Part shown: one piece after another, positions 7,995 to 13,803 of the stretch
Numbering within the stretch: position 1 is the first letter of the stretch
Layout of the letters: each line of letters opens with the position of its first letter
Origin: Erysipelotrichaceae bacterium MTC7
Lineage (GTDB): Bacteria > Bacillota_I > Bacilli_A > Erysipelotrichales > Erysipelotrichaceae
Length of the DNA stretch: 17,171 nucleotides
Assembly: GCA_001695645.1 (NCBI GenBank)
Contig: LVZN01000027.1
Coordinates: forward strand, 1-17,171
Direction of reading: 5' to 3'
Notes under the pieces: model-generated
What the model was told of the DNA's origin: nothing
Databases searched by the model: none
The model's input: the letters and a program-made list of their open reading frames with translations, nothing else
Position numbers and translations under genes: made by a program

Positions 7995-9155
7995 TAGTAT
8001 CTCTGTTATTCTTTGTAGAATCTTTGCGTTGTCGTATTCAAATGATTGTAACTGATTTTTACAATCCCTTACTTTTGCAGGATGTAGAATGACATCTTTT
8101 AATGCAAGATATAATCCATCCTCACTATTCTTGCAAATCCAACCATTCTGATTTGGCTGAATCGACATAAGGCTTGCTGATGTCTCTGTTGCTAAAACCG
8201 GTACATGTAAAATAAATGATTCGCTAATGACAGTACCAAACGCTTCAGAATACGAAGGCAAAAGCAAAAAGTCAAAGTTTTTCATTTCGGCATACGGATT
8301 AGCAATGCTACCATCCATAAAAATAACATCTTCTAGATCATTCATCTTTATTTGATTGACAATGGTTTCAAAAAGTGGACCATCGCCAAACACGTGAACC
8401 ACCACATGTTCAAGCAAGTTTTCATTATGTAATCGCATAAAGGCTTGCACCATCCGCTCATAGCCTTTTACTGGATGTGCACGGCCAACAACGACGATAT
8501 TTAACTTGTTATTATGTAGTTTCACTAAGGATGGTTTTGCAGCCATCGCCTTGATTCTTTCGGTATCAATTGCCACTGGAATAACTTCTGTAATGGAATC
8601 CAGATGATAGATTTCATTAAACTCTTTGACCACATTTGTTGCAACACCGACAATATGATCAAATCGAGGTAGCACCTGTGTAAACAACTTGTAATATTTT
8701 GCTGTAGGATCAAACGTCCCATATGCACTATGTAACCAGTGAATCTTCTTCGGCGTATTTCCATAAGCAGTAAAGATTGCTGTGAAACCATCTTTATAGG
8801 CTACTTCTACATCGTATGGTTTATTTAATATTTTCTTGCGTTCATTTTGAATTACACGTTTTATATTTCCCGTTTTCAAATCGAAAACAACTTTTAGTTT
8901 TCGATATATGGTTTTTAGGCTTTTTGATTGCAGTGCTTGTTTTAGCGTGAAATCAATTGCTTCAAAATACTTGGTTCCGTAAATCACGTTAACATCTTCA
9001 GGCAATTTGTTTAACATACTTCCCTTGTTATGCAATATCAAAACATCAATTTGAAATATTTTACGATTTAAAAGGTGGATTAAGTCATTTAAAACAACTG
9101 ACACTCCACCCATTTCTCTTTCATCAACTACAAATAATACAGATCTTTTCATCAT
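7983..9155 (-). CDS. Glycosyltransferase family 4 (GT-B fold, glycosyl transferases group 1)
   Basis: 390 aa. The C-terminal half has the GT4 EX7E motif (SYSEAFGTVISESF) and the typical VVVGRAHPVKGYERMVQAF / FGDGP pattern. No TM helix. Confidence 0.85.
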   Translation of the reverse strand: MMKRSVLFVVDEREMGGVSVVLNDLIHLLNRKIFQIDVLILHNKGSMLNKLPEDVNVIYGTKYFEAIDFTLKQALQSKSLKTIYRKLKVVFDLKTGNIKRVIQNERKKILNKPYDVEVAYKDGFTAIFTAYGNTPKKIHWLHSAYGTFDPTAKYYKLFTQVLPRFDHIVGVATNVVKEFNEIYHLDSITEVIPVAIDTERIKAMAAKPSLVKLHNNKLNIVVVGRAHPVKGYERMVQAFMRLHNENLLEHVVVHVFGDGPLFETIVNQIKMNDLEDVIFMDGSIANPYAEMKNFDFLLLPSYSEAFGTVISESFILHVPVLATETSASLMSIQPNQNGWICKNSEDGLYLALKDVILHPAKVRDCKNQLQSFEYDNAKILQRITEILKEE

Positions 9156-9158
9156 ATT

Positions 9159-9275
9159 CTACTTTCCAAAATTCAAAGCTAGTGCAAGCATAATTGCAAA
9201 ATACACGAGAAATGAACCACTCATTAATAAGCGATGTTTCCAATCTTCGATATGCATAAAACACAACTTTTTCAT
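9159..9275 (-). CDS. Unannotated 38-aa small hydrophobic protein (MKKLCFMHIEDWKHRLLMSGSFLVYFAIMLALALNFGK)
   Basis: Hand translation. ATG 9275 is preceded by AGAGGTG (6 nt spacing) directly after the upstream TAG stop. There is one predicted TM helix. Its TAG stop (9159-9161) is 3 nt before the GT4 ATG. It is too short for the ORF track. Confidence 0.35.
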   Translation of the reverse strand: MKKLCFMHIEDWKHRLLMSGSFLVYFAIMLALALNFGK

Positions 9276-9287
9276 CTTGCACCTCTT

Positions 9288-9635
9288 CTAGTCTACAAAT
9301 AAGTAGCCACAGTAAATATAAATCATATCGTTCCAAAAATAACTTGGATTAAACAATTGGAAGATGACATTGCTTGTTTGTAAAGAAATTATGTTTAGTT
9401 GAATAAGTGTCATAAACACAACAAGCAATACCGCAACAATTTTCTTGTATGGACTTCTTGACAAGTTCTTTTTTGAGAACACATTAAGTGTTGCTCCAAA
9501 CACAATCAATGCGACAATCTTTAAGTATAAATAAAAGTTCGAAACAAAGAACGAAGTTGGATTTGCCCAAAACGCAATAAGTGCACAAACAAGAATGACA
9601 AGCGCAGGCACACCCAATTTACGAAAATTGTTCAT
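9288..9635 (-). CDS. Hypothetical small membrane protein (3 predicted TM helices)
   Basis: 115 aa. The start ATG overlaps the ppiB stop (TAATG, 1-nt overlap), which suggests translational coupling. Strongly hydrophobic segments, with no recognisable family motif. Confidence 0.55.
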   Translation of the reverse strand: MNNFRKLGVPALVILVCALIAFWANPTSFFVSNFYLYLKIVALIVFGATLNVFSKKNLSRSPYKKIVAVLLVVFMTLIQLNIISLQTSNVIFQLFNPSYFWNDMIYIYCGYLFVD

Positions 9636-10066
9636 TAAGCTTCAACCTCAACCTTTTCCATCACATCACCATTGTGCATATTTCTTACGGCACCCATGTT
9701 ATCCGTAACTTGTCCAAATACGGTGTGTACACCATCTAAATGTGGTTGTGGATCATGGACAATAAAGAATTGACAACAACCCGTATCTTTACCACGGTGT
9801 GCCATTGATAGTGATCCTTCTACATGTTTGTGTGGATTTCCTTCTGTTTCACAAGGAATCGTATATCCTAAATCTCCAGTACCATTTCCATTTGGACAAC
9901 CACCTTGAGAAACAAACCCAGGGATGACACGGTGGAAGGTTTTTCCGTTGTAGTATCCTTCTTTAATTAGTTTCACAAAGTTAGCAACGGTTTTTGGTGC
10001 TTCCTTATCATATAGTACAAATGGGATTTCTGCTCCATTTTGCATTGTTATTTTTCCATTAATCAT
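9635..10066 (-). CDS. ppiB: Peptidyl-prolyl cis-trans isomerase, cyclophilin type
   Basis: 143 aa. Cyclophilin motifs are present: [50 protein letters not shown] lies upstream of ATG 10066. Confidence 0.95.
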   Translation of the reverse strand: MINGKITMQNGAEIPFVLYDKEAPKTVANFVKLIKEGYYNGKTFHRVIPGFVSQGGCPNGNGTGDLGYTIPCETEGNPHKHVEGSLSMAHRGKDTGCCQFFIVHDPQPHLDGVHTVFGQVTDNMGAVRNMHNGDVMEKVEVEA

Positions 10067-10095
10067 AATTCTTACCTCACTTTTGTATGTAAATC

Positions 10096-10104
10096 ATTAT
10101 ATCA
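10096..10104 (-). promoter_or_regulatory. Extended -10 box (TGATATAAT) for ppiB, overlapping the stop codon of the upstream protease gene
   Basis: The minus strand reads ATCTTGTGATATAATGATTTACATACAAAAGTGAGGTAAGAATTATG. The TGA stop of the protease ORF supplies the TGn of the TGnTATAAT element. Confidence 0.45.
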
Positions 10105-11070
10105 CAAGATACGCATAAATCGTTTTGAAGAATATATTTGTAATTTACGACCCTTAAAGATTCGATTTCCTAGCACTCCAGAAAGTTCTAGGTTTTCAAT
10201 AATGTTAACTGGACCTGTAATTATTTTATCAAATACCATACGGGTATCATATAAATATAACTGTAAGTAATCAACCAGTTTTGTTTCTACACGTTCCATT
10301 CCATGAACTCCCATCGATAAGGGCTTGATGTTGGTGATAATTCCTAACTCTGACATTTCAATGTAGCTTTCTCCTAGCCAGCTCTCGCGTGCTCCACTAT
10401 CAAAGCCAAAAACGGAAGCGCGCTGATTGGAATCCATCACGATAAGTGTTGGAAAAGCAGCTGGTATGAAGTTTTGAATTGGAAATGTTTCTGTTGATGT
10501 AATCAAAGAAAACGTCTTGTTTACATCATCCAATTCAAAATCCAAATGACTCAAAACATCCCAACCTAGAATTCCATCAAAGTCCATCATGTTGATGCCA
10601 ATCAATGGTAAACGAAAATGTTTATCGTCGATGATGATAAATGGTTGGTTTGTTATTTCAACTGTTCCAAAGAAAACTTGTTTTGCGACTACAGATTTCG
10701 CTTTCTCTCTTTTTCCACCAAAGCTACCCATCTCCATCGTATGATCAATTTCTTTAACTTTCACTTTGCTAAGTGTACTTTCAAAAAGCACACTACATTG
10801 TGCTCCAGTATCAATAAGTAAAGATAAACTTGTTCCTTGCACAACAACCTGGCAAACATACAACCCAACTTTATCTTGTTTCATTTTCATGGTGAACGTT
10901 GGTGTGTGTTTCACAATTTTACGTTCTTTAAAAATATCGCGTTGATCAAAGCGTTTCTTACTTTCCATTAACTCCGATTCATATAGCTCGAACGTCTTTT
11001 TCACTGCTTCTTTCTCTCTTGTAGAATATGTGTTTGTTTTTTCTACTCTTGTCTTAGCGTTTACTATCAT
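10102..11070 (-). CDS. Retropepsin-like aspartic protease with two tandem domains (DTGA and DSGA), cytoplasmic
   Basis: 322 aa from ATG 11070. Half 1 has LLIDTGAQ (nt 10812-10801) and ILGWDVL. Half 2 has FGFDSGAR (nt 10401-10390) and GVLGNRIF. No signal peptide or TM helix. The start is uncertain: there is no SD before ATG 11070 (leaderless geometry), and an alternative ATG at 10968 is preceded by GGAG only 3 nt away. Confidence 0.7.
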   Translation of the reverse strand: MIVNAKTRVEKTNTYSTREKEAVKKTFELYESELMESKKRFDQRDIFKERKIVKHTPTFTMKMKQDKVGLYVCQVVVQGTSLSLLIDTGAQCSVLFESTLSKVKVKEIDHTMEMGSFGGKREKAKSVVAKQVFFGTVEITNQPFIIIDDKHFRLPLIGINMMDFDGILGWDVLSHLDFELDDVNKTFSLITSTETFPIQNFIPAAFPTLIVMDSNQRASVFGFDSGARESWLGESYIEMSELGIITNIKPLSMGVHGMERVETKLVDYLQLYLYDTRMVFDKIITGPVNIIENLELSGVLGNRIFKGRKLQIYSSKRFMRIL

Positions 11071-11076
11071 ATCTGA

Positions 11077-11094
11077 ATTATAACATGTTATACT
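11077..11094. promoter_or_regulatory. Back-to-back divergent extended -10 boxes forming a near-palindrome (contains the perfect 14-bp palindrome tataacatgttata, 11079-11092)
   Basis: The minus strand has TGTTATAAT (11085-11077), followed by 6 nt and then ATG 11070. The plus strand has TGTTATACT (11086-11094), followed by GGAGG (11104-11108) and ATG 11118. 16 of the 18 positions are symmetric. Confidence 0.5.
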
Positions 11095-11117
11095 TAAAAT
11101 ATCGGAGGAAGATACTA

Positions 11118-11978
11118 ATGAAAACAAATAAAGAGAAACTTGTCATGCATTCATTACTTGGAAAAATCCACCATCCAACAGCTAAAGGTTACCGTGTTGG
11201 TTTTGATGGAAAAGGAAGAATCATTCCTGCAGTAGGTGGAATTACCTATAATTTCCAAATTGGTGATTCATGTATGGGCATTGTCGGTGACCATGTCGAA
11301 CCAGGTGTATCTATTCAAAACCCAAACAAGGATGAAAATCCAGCGTTACAATTATTTAGTTGTGTCGGAAATAAAGTAAGAATCACAAGCGGTGATGCCA
11401 AAGGAAAAACTGGAATCATCACAGGAACACACGGTGGTATTGAACACGCATTTGTGTACTTTGATGAAGACGTTTTGGATCTACTTAGTGGTGATGAAAC
11501 GATGCTTGTTAAAGGATATGGACAAGGTTTAGCAATAGAAGAATATCCTTCTATTAAAATTATGAACCTTGACCCTGAATTACTTGAAACAATGTTGTTT
11601 AAAGAATTCATTCGTGAAGAAGATGGGCATCTACAAATTGGGGTAACCCATATCATTCCTGCTTGTATTATGGGTTCAGGATTGGGTGCAAGCGCACTTG
11701 AAAGTGGTGACTATGACATCATGACACAAGATGAACAAATGAATAAAGAATATAAACTTGATACGTTACGTTTTGGAGATATTGTCGCAATTGAAGATCA
11801 CAATGGATTTAACGGTCCACACTACAAAAAAGGATCTTGGATTGTTGGTGTCATTGTTCACAGTGATTCATACACGTCGGGTCACGGGCCTGGCGTATGT
11901 GCCTTGTTCACTTCAAATGATGACAGTATTGTGCCATTCATTGATAAGCAAGCAAACCTAAAAAACTTTATTAAATAA
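11118..11978 (+). CDS. DUF4438-like protein of unknown function (contains a KOW/SH3-like motif)
   Basis: Start at ATG 11118 (MKTNKEK...), with GGAGG 9 nt upstream; 286 aa. Conserved-looking blocks are VGGITYNFQIGD and GDHVEPGVS. I associate these with DUF4438 (PF14505) from memory. The KOW-like string GNKVRITSGDAKGKTGIITG is at nt 11367-11426. Confidence 0.65.
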   Translation: MKTNKEKLVMHSLLGKIHHPTAKGYRVGFDGKGRIIPAVGGITYNFQIGDSCMGIVGDHVEPGVSIQNPNKDENPALQLFSCVGNKVRITSGDAKGKTGIITGTHGGIEHAFVYFDEDVLDLLSGDETMLVKGYGQGLAIEEYPSIKIMNLDPELLETMLFKEFIREEDGHLQIGVTHIIPACIMGSGLGASALESGDYDIMTQDEQMNKEYKLDTLRFGDIVAIEDHNGFNGPHYKKGSWIVGVIVHSDSYTSGHGPGVCALFTSNDDSIVPFIDKQANLKNFIK

Positions 11979-11983
11979 CAAAC

Positions 11984-12017
11984 AAAGCAGAGTTCCCATC
12001 ATTGGTTACTCTGCTTT
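11984..12017. terminator. Bidirectional terminator hairpin between the convergent DUF4438-like and amidase genes
   Basis: Perfect 10-bp stem aaagcagagt (11984-11993) / actctgcttt (12008-12017) with a 14-nt loop. T-rich sequence flanks it on both strands. The right arm encodes the amidase C-terminus (KKAE*). Confidence 0.6.
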
Positions 12018-12740
12018 CTTTAATTCATTTAAGACACCATTTGCGATTGCTTTAGCAATTGCATTTTGTCCTACTTTACTCATGATGTATTTTCCATCAT
12101 GTTCCGTATCAATATAACCAAGTTCCACAAGTGTTGTTGGCACTTTAGCAAAACTGATCATGTGTAGCAAATTGGTTCCATCGATAATACCATTACTATT
12201 CGTATACTTTAATGCTTCAAGTTCTTTCATAATGGAAGTCGATAAAGCCATCGCTTTATCGTCCTCTGTATTGGTAAATGCTTCGACACCAGTTCTAGTA
12301 CCATCATCACTGGCATTACAGTGAATCGATACAACATAGGTTGCTTTTACTTCTTTTGATTCATCGATGCGATGTTGCATATCATCCGCTTCAATTTCTG
12401 AGTAGATTTCATCCGTTGTTCTTGAATATACGACATTAACATCTTTTGCTTGTAGAATTTTTCCTACTTGTTTAGCAATTACAAGGTTGATGTCTTTTTC
12501 ATAGGTACCTTTATAAGATATTGTTCCTGCATCAATTTCTCCATGTCCAGGATCAATATACACGGTCATTTTTTTCTTTTTTGTTTCTTCTTTTTTATTC
12601 GATGTATTCGCACTTGTTGTCTCTTCTTCTAGGTCTTTGATTGTAGTTGATGCATTCTTATCTTCAAATATAACCACCAATCCAACTAACAAAACTGTGA
12701 CAGCAAGTAGAATTTGTAAATAACGTTTCACTTTTCTCAT
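12006..12740 (-). CDS. N-acetylmuramoyl-L-alanine amidase, Amidase_3 family, CwlD-like membrane-anchored (paralog 1)
   Basis: 244 aa. An N-terminal TM anchor is followed by YIDPGHGEIDAG, YEKD, VVSIHCNAS and TTLVELGY, which supply the Zn ligands and catalytic Glu of Amidase_3. Confidence 0.9.
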   Translation of the reverse strand: MRKVKRYLQILLAVTVLLVGLVVIFEDKNASTTIKDLEEETTSANTSNKKEETKKKKMTVYIDPGHGEIDAGTISYKGTYEKDINLVIAKQVGKILQAKDVNVVYSRTTDEIYSEIEADDMQHRIDESKEVKATYVVSIHCNASDDGTRTGVEAFTNTEDDKAMALSTSIMKELEALKYTNSNGIIDGTNLLHMISFAKVPTTLVELGYIDTEHDGKYIMSKVGQNAIAKAIANGVLNELKKAE

Positions 12741-12746
12741 ATGGAG

Positions 12747-12755
12747 ATTATAACA
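12747..12755 (-). promoter_or_regulatory. Extended -10 box TGTTATAAT placed 6 nt upstream of the amidase-1 ATG (leaderless geometry)
   Basis: The minus strand reads AACTTTGTTATAATCTCCATATGAGAAAAGTG. There is no SD between the -10 and ATG 12740. Confidence 0.5.
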
Positions 12756-12774
12756 AAGTTATCTACACTTAGGT

Positions 12775-12803
12775 ATAAAAAACGCACACATTTTTGTGTA
12801 CGT
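12775..12803 (-). terminator. Rho-independent terminator of the ABC transporter operon
   Basis: Minus-strand RNA ACGUACACA-AAAA-UGUGUGCGU forms 9 bp including one G-U, and is followed by UUUUUAU. On the + strand the same position is a C-A mismatch, which supports minus-strand function. Confidence 0.7.
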
Positions 12804-12813
12804 TTTCTGAACT

Positions 12814-13803
12814 TTAATCACGAGCTTCAATTCGACATTTTTCGGACAAGTCCAAATGTTTTTGCAACAAGTCAATCGTAAGTGGTTTAGAGTATTGTTT
12901 CGTATGTTTTGAAACACGAGAAGGATCCGCAACTTCTCCTTTGTAGACAGGAATTGGATAATCTTTAAGCAGTTTCTCTCTTCCTTTTTCGACAATGCAT
13001 TTTGCCATCTCTTTAGCAAGTTTGGTTTTCTTTTCGCTACGTTTTACAACTGCAATTGATTCGGTTAATGCATAGTTTCCTTCAGCAGGATCCACAAAAT
13101 CAATTGGCAAGCCTTCTGCTTTATCAGCAACTGCTTGATGACGTAAACCAAAACCAATGGCTACTTCGCCTGCTCTTACTTTTTTTAGCGGACCAGATCC
13201 CGAACTTTCTAAATGTGGACCAGCGTTTGTCATAATAGCAGTTAGCAGTTTCTCTGCTTCTTTTTCTCCATAACTATCAATGAGCGTTTGTACCAACAGC
13301 CAACCGGTACTTGAACCAGCCATGTCGACAATGGCAATGTGATCTTTATAGATGGGTTTAGCCAAATCTTTAATTGAGGTTGGTTTTGGTAGCTTGGCTT
13401 CTTCTAATTCTTCGGTATTGATAATCAGAGACCCTTCAATGGATAACAGTGGTGTTTGATACTTCTGTGTTTTTGATAAAGGCACTTTGCTTTCTAATAA
13501 CGATGCAAACATATCGTTTTCTTTTTGTGCGGAATCAATGTAATAGCTAGACATGGTAATCATATCAGCTTCAATATCTTTTCCTTCTCCAAGCAATTTA
13601 CCACCAAGTTCATTGGTTCCATAGGCTTGTAAGATGTATTTGTTTTTAAACCCATTTGCATCTAGTGTTTCTTTTATAACGGTTTGTGCCTCTTCATCAG
13701 CATTGGAGTAAATAATGACTTTACTCGATTCTTTTTTAGCACAACCACTCAAGCAACTAACAAGCAAAAGAATGACAAGTATAACTTTATTTAACTTCGA
13801 CAT
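12814..13803 (-). CDS. ABC transporter substrate-binding lipoprotein (FbpA/AfuA/ThiB-type solute-binding fold; substrate unknown)
   Basis: Start preferred at ATG 13803 (MSKLNKVILVILLLVSCLSGC...), with an L-S-G-C lipobox; GTG 13818 is the alternative. The mature protein has the class-II periplasmic binding protein pattern (KVIIYSNADEE.., ..GSSTGWLL.., ..VAIGFGLRHQ..). Confidence 0.85.
   Translation of the reverse strand: MSKLNKVILVILLLVSCLSGCAKKESSKVIIYSNADEEAQTVIKETLDANGFKNKYILQAYGTNELGGKLLGEGKDIEADMITMSSYYIDSAQKENDMFASLLESKVPLSKTQKYQTPLLSIEGSLIINTEELEEAKLPKPTSIKDLAKPIYKDHIAIVDMAGSSTGWLLVQTLIDSYGEKEAEKLLTAIMTNAGPHLESSGSGPLKKVRAGEVAIGFGLRHQAVADKAEGLPIDFVDPAEGNYALTESIAVVKRSEKKTKLAKEMAKCIVEKGREKLLKDYPIPVYKGEVADPSRVSKHTKQYSKPLTIDLLQKHLDLSEKCRIEARD

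Noticed and set aside
9288-9290. Pyrrolysine or programmed readthrough as the explanation for the in-frame TAG codons.
   Set aside because: No pyl genes or suppressor tRNA are visible in the window. Each downstream ORF has its own initiation signals, and four other genes end in TAG with normal gene boundaries. Coincidence or old nonsense mutations are more parsimonious.
9124-9336. 70-aa track ORF bridging the membrane-protein and GT4 genes.
   Set aside because: It is in a different frame from both neighbours, has no SD, and gives a non-hydrophobic, odd-composition translation. The in-frame 38-codon ORF (9159-9275), which has an SD, explains the gap better.
12756-12775. WalR-like direct repeat upstream of amidase 1 (TGTAGA...TGTTAT).
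   Set aside because: The TGT triplets are 12 bp apart and the second is part of the -10 element itself, so it does not fit TGTWAH-N5-TGTWAH. The upstream space is occupied by the ABC operon terminator.
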